Notes: generated by a model not told the origin, from the sequence alone. Positions 18,202-28,509 are shown, numbered from the stretch's first letter. The stretch: 64,000 bases of DNA from an uncultured Chitinophagales bacterium (GCA_964642875.1 CAZXRF010000005.1:4043-68042); one strand, 5' to 3'. A program made the numbers and translations.

Positions 18202-21200
18202 ATGAAACACGCCCTAATTAAATTTCTGTTCTTACTTTTTTTGTTTATTCCATTCTCCGGAAATGCGGCGATGATTAAAGATACTACTTTAGAACACGCC
18301 ATACTGCAAGAGAAATATATATTTGCATTACAATATACTGCTGCTTCGTTCAGAAATCCATCTATTCGGCAGCAAGACTCCTTTTCATATTACTTGTTTC
18401 AAACTGCAGAATGCTTATTTAGACTGAGAAAAATGGAGCAATTAACTCAATTGTTCTCTATTTATGACAAATCAATAGAAATGATAACCCCTTATTATTC
18501 TGCAAAAATTATTTCGTTGAAATTACTTTTAGAAAATGAAAAAAACAACTCTACACGGACGGGTCAGGCTTTAATACAAGCAATCACTACTTGCCAATAT
18601 CCAGCTATTAAAACAGACTATACACTTTCTTTGGCATCCTATCTTTTGACTATAAATAAAATAGATAGCGGAGAGCTTCTTTATCGAAATATTTATTTAT
18701 CTACAATAGCAACGCCGTTGCAAAAGGCGGCAGCCTGCAATGGAATTGGCGCATGTTTTTCTTATAATAGCGATTTTGATTCTGCTAAATATTACTACCA
18801 CAAAGCCCTTGATTTATATACCAGAACTTTAGGTATGAAACATTCTAAAGTGGCGCAAGTGAACTATAATCTGGCGTTGATTGCGAATAAATTTGGCGAA
18901 TATTCCGTATCACAAATGCTACTACAAAATGTGCTTACTACTTACCGTACTGTTTTTGGAGAGCAACACCCCTCTACGGCAAATGCTTATGGCGCATTAG
19001 GTAGTGTATATTTATTACAAGATGATTTAGAAAAAGCACTATTCTACATAACTAAAGAACGAGATGTGATTGCAAATTTGTATAATGCACAACATCCAGA
19101 TATTGCATACAGCAATTTAAATATAGGGAAGATTTATGCTTCTAAAAACCAACTTAATTTAGCAGAAAAGCAGTTTGAAATAGGAATGAACATTTTAACT
19201 ACTGCAGGAAAGAAAGAAAATGACACATATATACAGCTTGTAATCGAATTAGCAAGTGTATTACAACGTAAATCAGAGCTAAAAAGAGCAGAGACGGTAC
19301 TTAAAAAATTATTAATCCAGCAGCAAATTGATGATGAATATATAGCTGATATTTTTTTGGAACTAGGTAATATTTATTTAGATCAACAACGTATGCAAGA
19401 TGCCATATGTAATATTACAAAAGCCGATAAGATTTATGTTGCTGTTTACGGAGAGAAAAATATTTTTTCTGTGGAAGCAAATATTGCTCTATCTAAATGT
19501 TATTTACAAATTAAACGCTTTGATAAAGCGAATTATTATGCACTGAAGGCTAGAAACATCACCATTTCCGGAGGTGCAGTTATTTTTCCGTATGACCATT
19601 GGAAATGTAGGCTGCAAGAATTATTGTGTATTAAAGCATTATTAGAAAACAAGGTATTAAATAATGAAAAAACCCAGTATTATATTGAGGAAATTAAGGA
19701 TATTATTTTTGAAGCAAAGCGCATTAAGCAAACGTATTATTCCAATGGCAGTCAGCTGCATTATGCCGAACGTATGAGTGAATTGAATAATTTGGGAGTT
19801 TATTTTTTAACACATTTTTATACTAAACGAGATGCTTATTTCTTGGATAATTTGTTGTTTTTTGGAGAGCAAAATAAAGCTAATTTACTACGCAATAAAT
19901 TTTTAGGCGACGCCACTAATGAATTATTACCATTAGCAAAGCAGCAACATTCTAAAACAATTATTAATCGATTAAACTATTTTATTACATTAAATGAAAA
20001 TCAGGAAAAAACAAACTTTAATATCAATGATTCTGTTTTGTTTTACCAAGATAAATATGAACAATTTACTAAAACCATAGAAAAAGAATATCCAAAAATA
20101 TATAGATTGAAGTATGGCGAGCAGCCATTAACCACAACACAAATACAGCAGCAACTGCCTGAAGATGCGACATTTTTAGCGTATTGTAGTGATGCAGAAA
20201 GGTATTACTGTTTATCCATCTCCCAAAATAAAATAGAATATAAAGTTTGTGGAAGCATAGCATTTATCGATAGTTTGGTTAACCAACAACGACAAGACAT
20301 TAACAATAAAAAGGCAAATAATACAAATGCTATAACATTATACAGCGCATTGCTCCCCGATTATTTATCGAATTATGTGCTATTCTCTCCGGATGGTGCT
20401 ATTCATCAAGTGGCATTTGATGCTTTAAAAAAAACAATTACGAGTGATTATTTTGTTTATAACCATTCGACATCCTATGCATTTTCTGCAGCTACTTATT
20501 TTCATCATTCAAAGGATAATGACATACAAAATGTAATTGCATTTTTTCCTGATTATTCGCATAGTCAATATGCAGCTTTACGGGTCAATGCTGAGGCTAA
20601 TGCAATTAAACTTTTTCCGGAACATATTATTTATGAAAAACAAAAGGCAGAAAAGCAAAATTTTATTAAATCGACGGGTAACAACGGAATTGTACATATT
20701 GCTGCTCATTTAATAATTGACACTGTCTATCCGCTGCAGTCTTATCTAGTATTTCAGCCAATTGGAAATTACAAACTTACCATCAATGAAATTTGGAAAA
20801 TGAATGTCAGCTGTCAGTTAGTCGCGTTGGCATCCTGCCAAAGTAATTTTGGAAAACAGCAAAATGGTGAAGGGATGCAAAATTTTGCTTGGGCATTTCA
20901 TTATGCCGGAGCAAATAATATTTTATCCACTCAATGGAATGCATCTGATAAAGCAAGCTCCGCAATTATTGGTAGTTTTTATAAAAATATCAAGAACGGA
21001 AAATCGAAGCAAGAAGCATTACAGTTGGCTAAAATAGCCTATTTAAAAAATACTGATGCAATAGGCATACAGCCTTATTTTTGGGCTAATTTTCAGCTAT
21101 TTGGCAATGATAGTGAAATTACAGTGGCCCCTATTTTTCTTGCCAGAAGTTGGTGTTTGCCGATTCTGTTTCTTCTGTTCGTATTTATATCGCTGTTGGT

Positions 21201-21261
21201 ACTCCGGAAGCTTTACAAACGCAAAAATATGCCTATCATTAGCTTGGAAAAATTAGGGTAA
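18202..21261 (+). CDS. TPR-repeat CHAT-domain (caspase-like) protein with an N-terminal signal peptide and a C-terminal TM anchor
   Basis: Signal FLFLLFLFIPFSGNAA, multiple TPR-like repeats, and CHAT His/Cys blocks HIAAHL and LVALASCQS. C-terminal helix WCLPILFLLFVFISLLVL is followed by RKLYKRK. Confidence 0.85.
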   Translation: MKHALIKFLFLLFLFIPFSGNAAMIKDTTLEHAILQEKYIFALQYTAASFRNPSIRQQDSFSYYLFQTAECLFRLRKMEQLTQLFSIYDKSIEMITPYYSAKIISLKLLLENEKNNSTRTGQALIQAITTCQYPAIKTDYTLSLASYLLTINKIDSGELLYRNIYLSTIATPLQKAAACNGIGACFSYNSDFDSAKYYYHKALDLYTRTLGMKHSKVAQVNYNLALIANKFGEYSVSQMLLQNVLTTYRTVFGEQHPSTANAYGALGSVYLLQDDLEKALFYITKERDVIANLYNAQHPDIAYSNLNIGKIYASKNQLNLAEKQFEIGMNILTTAGKKENDTYIQLVIELASVLQRKSELKRAETVLKKLLIQQQIDDEYIADIFLELGNIYLDQQRMQDAICNITKADKIYVAVYGEKNIFSVEANIALSKCYLQIKRFDKANYYALKARNITISGGAVIFPYDHWKCRLQELLCIKALLENKVLNNEKTQYYIEEIKDIIFEAKRIKQTYYSNGSQLHYAERMSELNNLGVYFLTHFYTKRDAYFLDNLLFFGEQNKANLLRNKFLGDATNELLPLAKQQHSKTIINRLNYFITLNENQEKTNFNINDSVLFYQDKYEQFTKTIEKEYPKIYRLKYGEQPLTTTQIQQQLPEDATFLAYCSDAERYYCLSISQNKIEYKVCGSIAFIDSLVNQQRQDINNKKANNTNAITLYSALLPDYLSNYVLFSPDGAIHQVAFDALKKTITSDYFVYNHSTSYAFSAATYFHHSKDNDIQNVIAFFPDYSHSQYAALRVNAEANAIKLFPEHIIYEKQKAEKQNFIKSTGNNGIVHIAAHLIIDTVYPLQSYLVFQPIGNYKLTINEIWKMNVSCQLVALASCQSNFGKQQNGEGMQNFAWAFHYAGANNILSTQWNASDKASSAIIGSFYKNIKNGKSKQEALQLAKIAYLKNTDAIGIQPYFWANFQLFGNDSEITVAPIFLARSWCLPILFLLFVFISLLVLRKLYKRKNMPIISLEKLG

Positions 21262-21326
21262 AAAAATGAATTTATTATATTTAGAAAAATCAACTTAAAA
21301 AAATAAAATAAGTTATACCTTTAAAC

Positions 21327-22457
21327 ATGCTTTTGCCATTAGAATATCACTTTCCAGACAATATGGTCTCTGCTAAAAGGCTGGATAAATTATTAGCAAC
21401 TGGCTATTTTCGCACCGGAAATTACATGATGCGGACGCGTGTTTTGTATTTTAATGAAGAGATATTAAATACGCTTCATATTCGTATTGCATTACAGGCA
21501 CATCAATTTTCTAAGAGCCTACAGAAATTACTACAAAAAAATAAATCTCGTTTTTCGCATACTATTCAACCTATAAAAATTACAGAGGAAAAAGAATTAT
21601 TATACAAACAGCACCGCAAACGATTTAAAGGAAATGCCTCCCTGAGTATTTCTTCGTTTATGTTTGACAGTTACAATAAACATATTTTCAATACCTTCGA
21701 AATAAACATTTATGACAACGGAAAATTGGTGGGCTATAGTTTTTTTGACGTAGGAGTAAATAGCATGGCGAGTATCATCGGAATTTTTGATCAGCAATAT
21801 GCAAAATATAGTTTAGGCATTTATACCATGCTATTGGAAATTGAACATGCTAAGGCATTACAACTAAAATATTATTATACTGGATATGTGACGTATGAAT
21901 CGTCGCAGTTCAATTACAAACTTCGGCTTTCAGATAATTTTGATTTTTATGATTGGTACTCCAAACGCTGGATTTCATTTGGGAAACGATATAAGAAAAC
22001 AAAAGTCAATGATTTTTTTAAAGATAAAATGAACATTGCGAAGCAATGGCTCGACACATTTAAATTGGAATATAAAGAACTATTTTATCCCTATTTTTAT
22101 ATGGGAAGTATGTACCCGAAATCAGATTGTGTGAAAGGGGTTCATCATTTATTGATTCAAGATTTTGACATAGAAGGGTTGTTTTATATTGTAGAGTTTC
22201 ATCCAGAGAAAATGGAATTGATGCTTTCCGGGGCTACTATTCATAAATATCAATTTGAAGAATCATTGGATTTCAATTCGTTCTATGATTCAAAGAAATG
22301 GAACCGTGTGCTGCTGTATTTACAACCTACGATTATAGTGAAAAATGAATTTGAACTTTATGCAGGGTATATTTTCTTGCAAGAAATGTTTAAACAACAT
22401 TTGCAAATGCCGCCAATACCAAACAGCACATTGAAGAATCCGAACATAAATAGATAA
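21327..22457 (+). CDS. Arginyl/leucyl-tRNA--protein transferase-like (ATE_C/Bpt family) protein with an uncharacterised C-terminal extension of about 160 aa
   Basis: TGYFRTGNYMMRT, LYKQHRKRFKG, and LVGYSFFDVG..SLGIYTMLLEIEHAKALQLKYYYTGYVTYESSQFNYKLR resemble Bpt/ATE family blocks. The N-terminal Cys cluster is absent. Confidence 0.6.
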   Translation: MLLPLEYHFPDNMVSAKRLDKLLATGYFRTGNYMMRTRVLYFNEEILNTLHIRIALQAHQFSKSLQKLLQKNKSRFSHTIQPIKITEEKELLYKQHRKRFKGNASLSISSFMFDSYNKHIFNTFEINIYDNGKLVGYSFFDVGVNSMASIIGIFDQQYAKYSLGIYTMLLEIEHAKALQLKYYYTGYVTYESSQFNYKLRLSDNFDFYDWYSKRWISFGKRYKKTKVNDFFKDKMNIAKQWLDTFKLEYKELFYPYFYMGSMYPKSDCVKGVHHLLIQDFDIEGLFYIVEFHPEKMELMLSGATIHKYQFEESLDFNSFYDSKKWNRVLLYLQPTIIVKNEFELYAGYIFLQEMFKQHLQMPPIPNSTLKNPNINR

Positions 22458-22611
22458 TCTCTTATAGTATATTTATTTCTTTGATTTACATCATCTAATT
22501 TACAAATTTAACTGCTATGTGTAGTATTCGTTTATAAAAACCAATCATATCTTAACATAGATATCTTTTTAGAAATCAGTATATTTTAATGTTATTTAAT
22601 AACTTTACTTA

Positions 22612-23208
22612 ATGGATTTATTGCAATTACTCCCAACAGCACAACGCGTGTTGAAACATTATGAAATCACGTTCTTGTCTCCCACAGAGTGGATGACTTT
22701 GGTACAATACGGCTCCATTAAATCATTGAAAAAAGGAGAAAATTTCATTACAGCTAATCAAGTAAATACAAAAATAGCCTTTATCTTAAAAGGAGCATTT
22801 CGTTTTTTCTACGAAAAAAATGATAGTGAAATTACTTGCTTGCTAGGCTTCGAGAATAACCTTATCGGCAGTTTTGAAAGTAATATTTTAAAACAACCTT
22901 GCACACAAACCATACAGGCTATTGAGGATTCCGAACTATTTATTATTGACTACAAAGATTTAGAAAAGCTGTATGATAAGAGTCCAAAATTTGAGCGTGT
23001 CGGAAGAATTATTTTAGAATATTACTTAGCCTATTTACAACAAAGAGTTACTTCTTATTTATTAGACACCCCGGAACAACGCTACGTTCGATTAATCAAT
23101 GAAACACCTGATATTCTAAACCGAGTTCCTTTGCAATATATTGCATCGTATATAGGTGTTACACCTGTTTCGCTGAGCAGAATCCGAAAACGAATTTTAA
23201 AGAAATAG
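22612..23208 (+). CDS. Crp/Fnr-family transcriptional regulator
   Basis: cNMP-binding beta-roll followed by a C-terminal HTH (LQYIASYIGVTPVSLSRIRKR). Confidence 0.85.
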   Translation: MDLLQLLPTAQRVLKHYEITFLSPTEWMTLVQYGSIKSLKKGENFITANQVNTKIAFILKGAFRFFYEKNDSEITCLLGFENNLIGSFESNILKQPCTQTIQAIEDSELFIIDYKDLEKLYDKSPKFERVGRIILEYYLAYLQQRVTSYLLDTPEQRYVRLINETPDILNRVPLQYIASYIGVTPVSLSRIRKRILKK

Positions 23209-23466
23209 ATAACAGTCTTTGTTTAAACAATAGTATTTTTTTGCCAATCTTTACATAAGATTTTATTAAACACAAATGGGAATCTGTGCTTAATAAAATA
23301 TCAATAAGCACCAGACTGCAAATACCACTTTTAATAGAATTTATTAACATGTTATAAAAATCAAGGTGCTGGCGAATATGTAATTTGCAGCTGCCAGAGT
23401 ATTGTAATACTTTCGTAATGTAAATTGTATATCGTATATTGCCATCGAAAAATTGTATTTCCTTTT

Positions 23467-25362
23467 ATGTGTGGAATAGCCGGTGCCTATACGTTTAAAA
23501 ACAAAATAATAGAACAAAAATGGTTGCAACGGGCCGCTGATTCGTTAAATAAACGTGGTCCCGACAATCAGCAATTTGTTACAATTCAAAAAGCGGCATT
23601 GGTGCACGCACGGCTTTCTATTATTGATACATCTACAACTGCCAATCAACCAATATTTGATGCTACCGGACGATATGCTATTATTTTTAATGGCGAAATT
23701 TTTAATTATAAATCCATACGGGAAACCTTGATTCAACAAGGTGTTTGTTTTAAAACACATTCGGACACAGAAGTACTTTTGTACGCTTATATACATTGGG
23801 GGCAAAGTGCATTGCAGCAACTCAATGGTTTTTTTACATTTGCTATCTACGACAAACAAGAGGATACGCTCTTTATTGCTTGCGACCGTATGGGAATAAA
23901 GCCCCTATATTTTTATGCAGATGAAGATTACTTTTTCTTTGCTTCAGAAATGAAATCTATCTTGCATTTTCCTATAAAAAAAGATATTAATTGGAGTGCA
24001 GTAAGTTTATATTTTCAACTCAATTATATTCCTGGTAAAAATTCGATTTTTAAATCTATATATAGATTAGAACCGGGGCATATTGTTTGTATAAAAAACA
24101 ATAAAGTTATAGTGCAGCAATGGTACAATATTCCGTATAATGCACAAACAGCAGAACAAAACCCACTAAATTATGAGCAGCAAAAAAATAAGCTGGTAGA
24201 GCTTATGGATGATGCAGTTCGGCTTCGTTTAATTGCAGATGTGCCCTTAGGCGCATTTCTAAGTGGAGGAATAGACTCATCGGTGATAACGGCAATGGCA
24301 GCACGCCATACACCACATCTCAATACTTTTTCTATCGGCTTTGAGGGAAATACCTTTTTTGATGAAACACCTTATGCCAATTTAGTCGCAAAACATTTTA
24401 AAACCAATCATACCGTTTTTAAATTAAAGAACGATGATTTACTGCAAAGTCTAGAAGAATTATTGGAATATACCGACGAACCTTTTGCCGATTCTTCTGC
24501 ATTATTAGTAAATATACTTTCAAAATTTACCCGACAGCATGTAACCGTAGCCTTGAGCGGCGATGGCGGGGATGAATTATTTGCAGGGTATAATAAACAT
24601 TATGGCGAATGGCAAACAAGACATGGCGGTTGGAAGGCAACAGCAATAGGATTATTGTCGCCGCTGTGGAAAAACCTACCGAAATCCAGAAATGGAAAAT
24701 GGGGAAATAAATTCCGACAATTAGAGCGTTTTGCCGATGGAATGCATCTCTCCCCCGGAGCACGCTGGTGGCGGTGGTGCTGTATTAACGACTTTGGTTA
24801 CGTAGAACAATTACTGCCGAATAAAGTAGATTCCGCACTACCCGAAATTATTGAAACGCGACAGCATTTTACTTCTTTAATTCAGCATGATGGCAGCATG
24901 AACGATAATCTGTTAGGCGATGTAAGCATGGTATTACCTTACGATATGTTGGTGAAAGTAGATAGAATGAGCATGCGTAATTCCTTAGAAGTGCGTACGC
25001 CTTTTTTAGATTACAGAATAGTTGAGTTTGCATTTTCCATTCCTGTATCCAGCAAAATAGATGCACAATTAAAAAAGAAAATAGTGCAAGATGCCTTTAG
25101 AGACATGCTACCTAACGAATTATACAACCGACCAAAGAAAGGATTTGAAGTGCCGCTTTTGCAATGGTTTAGAACAGATTTAAAAGATAAGATTTTTAAT
25201 TTTTGGCTTAACGAGGCATATATTTTGGAACAAGGAATTTTTGATATTGGAACGATTAGAAGTTTGAAAAATCAGCTTTTCTCTAACAATCCCGGCGATG
25301 TACATGCACAACTATGGGCATTAATTGTATTTCAAAATTTTTGGAGAAAATACATGGATTAA
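23467..25362 (+). CDS. Asparagine synthase (glutamine-hydrolysing) family amidotransferase
   Basis: MCGIAG N-terminal nucleophile Cys and the SGGIDSS PP-loop. The start is set at the ATG preceding Cys2. Confidence 0.9.
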   Translation: MCGIAGAYTFKNKIIEQKWLQRAADSLNKRGPDNQQFVTIQKAALVHARLSIIDTSTTANQPIFDATGRYAIIFNGEIFNYKSIRETLIQQGVCFKTHSDTEVLLYAYIHWGQSALQQLNGFFTFAIYDKQEDTLFIACDRMGIKPLYFYADEDYFFFASEMKSILHFPIKKDINWSAVSLYFQLNYIPGKNSIFKSIYRLEPGHIVCIKNNKVIVQQWYNIPYNAQTAEQNPLNYEQQKNKLVELMDDAVRLRLIADVPLGAFLSGGIDSSVITAMAARHTPHLNTFSIGFEGNTFFDETPYANLVAKHFKTNHTVFKLKNDDLLQSLEELLEYTDEPFADSSALLVNILSKFTRQHVTVALSGDGGDELFAGYNKHYGEWQTRHGGWKATAIGLLSPLWKNLPKSRNGKWGNKFRQLERFADGMHLSPGARWWRWCCINDFGYVEQLLPNKVDSALPEIIETRQHFTSLIQHDGSMNDNLLGDVSMVLPYDMLVKVDRMSMRNSLEVRTPFLDYRIVEFAFSIPVSSKIDAQLKKKIVQDAFRDMLPNELYNRPKKGFEVPLLQWFRTDLKDKIFNFWLNEAYILEQGIFDIGTIRSLKNQLFSNNPGDVHAQLWALIVFQNFWRKYMD

Positions 25363-25399
25363 ATGGATTAAATACTTTTTTTCATTCCCTTGTATAAAT

Positions 25400-25407
25400 T
25401 ATCTTTG
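25400..25407 (+). promoter_or_regulatory. Candidate TAnnTTTG -7 element
   Basis: tatctttg lies 7 nt upstream of the ATG at 25415. That implies a near-leaderless mRNA. Motif match only. Confidence 0.25.
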
Positions 25408-25414
25408 TAAATAA

Positions 25415-26548
25415 ATGGAAAAATCACTCCGAATAGGTATAGTTGCAAATACTGCATTTAATATTTATAATTTCCGTTTAGGATTAATAAAGGCATTACA
25501 AAATAACGGATACTATGTGGTCGCTATTGCTCCCGCTGATGATTATGTAGCATTACTAATAGAACATCAAATAGAATTTGTGGAGTTGAAGCAACTATCC
25601 CGAAAGGGCACTAATCCAATTCATGATTTACAGTTGTGTTTTGAATTGAGAAAAATTTACAAACAACAGCAGCTTGATGTCGTTTTACAATATACCATCA
25701 AACCCAATATTTACGGAACATTAGCCGCAAGAACGTTAGGCTTAAAGGCAATATGCACCGTTACGGGCTTAGGTTATACTTTTTTAAACAAAGGTATTAC
25801 TAGTACAATTGCACATCAATTATATAAAACTGCATTCTCATTTGCTCATAAAATAATATTCCAAAACACGGATGATGAGCATTTTTTTTTACAGCAAAAA
25901 TTAGTTGATATAGATAAATCATTAGTAGTTCCGGGCTCCGGCATCGACACTCAAAAATTCCACCCGGAGTTTTGTTCTAAAAAAGTAAATGACGGCATTA
26001 CCCGTTTTCTGATGATTGCTCGATTTTTGAGAGACAAAGGTATTTATGAATATATAGAAACAGCCCGACAAATTTTACAGGAAAATAAAAAGGTAGCATT
26101 TCATCTTTTAGGCGATATAGATAAAGACAACCCTTCGTCCATCCACAAAACAGAATTAGACGAATGGATACAATCTGGCATTATCCAGTACGATGGATAT
26201 GCCAAAGACACTCGTCCGTTTATTTGCGCCGCTGATTGTATAGTGTTGCCCTCTTACAGAGAGGGGATGCCAAGGGTAATATTAGAAGGATTGGCAATGG
26301 GAAAACCCTGTATTACAACAGATGCTCCGGGTTGTAAAGATGCGGTGGAAAATGGAATAAGTGGATTTATATGCAAGACTGCCGATGCAAAATCACTGAA
26401 AACAAGTATGGAGAAATTTATATCGTTAGATGGTGAAGAAGTTATGGCGATTAGTGTAAATGCAAGAAAACGAGCAGAAAACATATTCTCAGAAAATATT
26501 GTATATCAAACTTACCTTGATTTACTTCAAAAAAGTTATTGTAGTTAA
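25415..26548 (+). CDS. Glycosyltransferase family 4 (GT-B)
   Basis: 377 aa with LPSYREGMPRVILEGLAMGKPCITTDAPG, the EX7E motif region. Confidence 0.85.
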   Translation: MEKSLRIGIVANTAFNIYNFRLGLIKALQNNGYYVVAIAPADDYVALLIEHQIEFVELKQLSRKGTNPIHDLQLCFELRKIYKQQQLDVVLQYTIKPNIYGTLAARTLGLKAICTVTGLGYTFLNKGITSTIAHQLYKTAFSFAHKIIFQNTDDEHFFLQQKLVDIDKSLVVPGSGIDTQKFHPEFCSKKVNDGITRFLMIARFLRDKGIYEYIETARQILQENKKVAFHLLGDIDKDNPSSIHKTELDEWIQSGIIQYDGYAKDTRPFICAADCIVLPSYREGMPRVILEGLAMGKPCITTDAPGCKDAVENGISGFICKTADAKSLKTSMEKFISLDGEEVMAISVNARKRAENIFSENIVYQTYLDLLQKSYCS

Positions 26549-26568
26549 ATAATTTAAAAAAAACTTGT

Positions 26569-26576
26569 TAACTTTG
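26569..26576 (+). promoter_or_regulatory. Candidate TAnnTTTG -7 element
   Basis: taactttg lies 10 nt upstream of the ATG at 26587. Motif match only. Confidence 0.3.
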
Positions 26577-26586
26577 GCTTAATAGA

Positions 26587-27711
26587 ATGCATAGCGACTA
26601 TATTAAATTGGCGGCAGCCTTATTGACTTCTTATGTATTAACATATATGTTTATTCCATCTATAATAAAGGTGGCAACCATAAAGCATTTATACGATACA
26701 CCCGGCAATAGGAAGTCTCACGCAAACGTAATCCCAACGTTAGGCGGAATTGGCATATTTGGTGGCTTTATGATTTCCTTTTGTTTGTTTGCGGCATTTG
26801 GTCCGCGGTCTCACGAAATGAAATTTATTTTAGCAGCATTGTGTTTTACTTTTATGCTAGGCGCAAAAGACGATATTGTTGAATTAGTGGCATCAAAAAA
26901 ATTTATAGGTCAAATCTTTGCAGCAAGTATTATCGTAATTTTGGGTGATGTACGATTAACAAGTTTATACGGTTTATTTGGAATTTCTTATATCGGAGAC
27001 ATCCCGAGTATTATCTTATCAATCGTTACAATTATTTTTATTGTCAATGCATTTAACCTAGTTGATGGGATAAATTTATTAGCAGGAAGCGTGACAATTT
27101 TAATGGCTATAGTATTTGGTGCATGGTTTTATTATTATAGCTTTTTTGACTATGCTGTGATGGCAGTAGCAATGAGTGGTGCGGTGCTTGCATTTTTGAA
27201 ATATAATTACACTCCAGCTAAAATATTTATGGGCGATTCCGGAAGTTTGTCTATCGGATTGCTTGCTGCAGTACTTGCAATCCAATTTATAGAAAAAAAT
27301 GAGATGGTATCATTCACCCATCACGAAAAACTAATACATATTACTGCCGCTCCTGCAATGGCAGTTGCCATTTTGATAATCCCTATTTTTGATACGATAC
27401 GTGTTTTTACAGTTAGAATACTAAATAAAAAATCTCCTTTTGAGGCTGACAGAAATCACATACATCACCGATTGCTCGACTTGGGATTTTCACATCATAA
27501 AGCAACATACATTCTAATAGCCGTTAATATCCTTTTTATTGTTATTTGCTATTTTTTACAAGATTGGGGAAATTTATTTTTAATGCTTTTTGAATTTGGA
27601 TTAGCCGCAATACTTTCATTTATCTTATTTTCTATCAAGGTTAAAAGAAAAGAAAAAAATACAAATAAATCCAAAAAGTCCATTGCACTTACCTTAGAGC
27701 TAGACGCCTAA
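26587..27711 (+). CDS. MraY/WecA-family polyprenyl-phosphate N-acetylhexosamine-1-phosphate transferase
   Basis: Polytopic membrane protein with GAKDD, NAFNLVDGINLLAG and IFMGDSGSLSIG motifs. Confidence 0.9.
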   Translation: MHSDYIKLAAALLTSYVLTYMFIPSIIKVATIKHLYDTPGNRKSHANVIPTLGGIGIFGGFMISFCLFAAFGPRSHEMKFILAALCFTFMLGAKDDIVELVASKKFIGQIFAASIIVILGDVRLTSLYGLFGISYIGDIPSIILSIVTIIFIVNAFNLVDGINLLAGSVTILMAIVFGAWFYYYSFFDYAVMAVAMSGAVLAFLKYNYTPAKIFMGDSGSLSIGLLAAVLAIQFIEKNEMVSFTHHEKLIHITAAPAMAVAILIIPIFDTIRVFTVRILNKKSPFEADRNHIHHRLLDLGFSHHKATYILIAVNILFIVICYFLQDWGNLFLMLFEFGLAAILSFILFSIKVKRKEKNTNKSKKSIALTLELDA

Positions 27712-28361
27712 TATAATTTTATTCCTTGTTTTTTTATTACTGCACAAAGTTCACTCACCATCATTGCTGTTGCACCCCATAAAATTTTTCCGTTAATATC
27801 ATAATACGGAGCATTTAAAGTAATTCCTAAAGCACTTTTCATCTTTTTCTCTTTTATAATGCCTTGTTCGAAAAATTTATACATCGGCACTTCTAATGTG
27901 TTTGCAACTTCAATTTTATCAGGGATAAGAATAGGCTTTTCTTGTAATATCCCTACAAAAGGATATACAATAAAATTACTTGCTAAAACATACACTTGAG
28001 AAAGCGGCCCTATCACCTCAATTTGTTCTCTATTTACACCTATTTCTTCTTTAGTTTCGCGCAATGCTGCATCTAAGAAAGAATTATCATTTTTTTCAAT
28101 TTTTCCACCCGGAAATGCAATCTGTCCGCTATGTACTCCCTCATAGACTGGACGCTCGATAAATAAAATGTTAGGGATATTGTTTACCGGATAAATAAGT
28201 GACATCACAGCACCTTCTTTTGCATTTGGCAGTTGTGGAGCATCCATGGATTTATATATCTTAATATAAGGTTTTAAAATATCTTGTGCAGGTTTCCCCG
28301 GCAATGGATGCAAAAATGCTTGTTGTAAATCTTTGGTGAATTGATTATAGGCCACAGTCAA
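27708..28361 (-). CDS. NUDIX hydrolase (CoA pyrophosphatase-like)
   Basis: Nudix box GGKIEKNDNSFLDAALRETKEEIGV. Convergent 4-nt overlap with the previous gene. Confidence 0.85.
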   Translation of the reverse strand: MTVAYNQFTKDLQQAFLHPLPGKPAQDILKPYIKIYKSMDAPQLPNAKEGAVMSLIYPVNNIPNILFIERPVYEGVHSGQIAFPGGKIEKNDNSFLDAALRETKEEIGVNREQIEVIGPLSQVYVLASNFIVYPFVGILQEKPILIPDKIEVANTLEVPMYKFFEQGIIKEKKMKSALGITLNAPYYDINGKILWGATAMMVSELCAVIKKQGIKLY

Positions 28362-28453
28362 AATTAAAGTATTTCTAAAATAATAAAGAAATAAACTTCA
28401 GAAAAAAATGTTAATTGACCTTGGTAAACAGTAAGGTTTTATAAAAAAAATTG

Positions 28454-28461
28454 TAAATTTG
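28454..28461 (+). promoter_or_regulatory. Candidate TAnnTTTG -7 element
   Basis: taaatttg lies 48 nt upstream of the ATG at 28510. Motif match only. Confidence 0.3.
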
Positions 28462-28509
28462 GTAAGTACTCAGATAGTGCACAATTAGAACACAAATAAA
28501 ACACAAAAG

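Noticed and set aside
18202-22457. Functional coupling of the CHAT protease and the Bpt-like transferase as a cleave-then-aminoacylate N-degron system
   Set aside because: The CHAT protein has a signal peptide and a C-terminal anchor with a cytoplasmic KR tail, so its protease domain is predicted to be periplasmic. The tRNA-dependent transferase must be cytoplasmic. Adjacency alone, with a 66-nt gap, is insufficient.
23425-23466. 14-codon upstream extension of the AsnB-like ORF
   Set aside because: Class II glutamine amidotransferases need Cys as the first residue after Met removal, which fixes the start at MCGIAG (23467).
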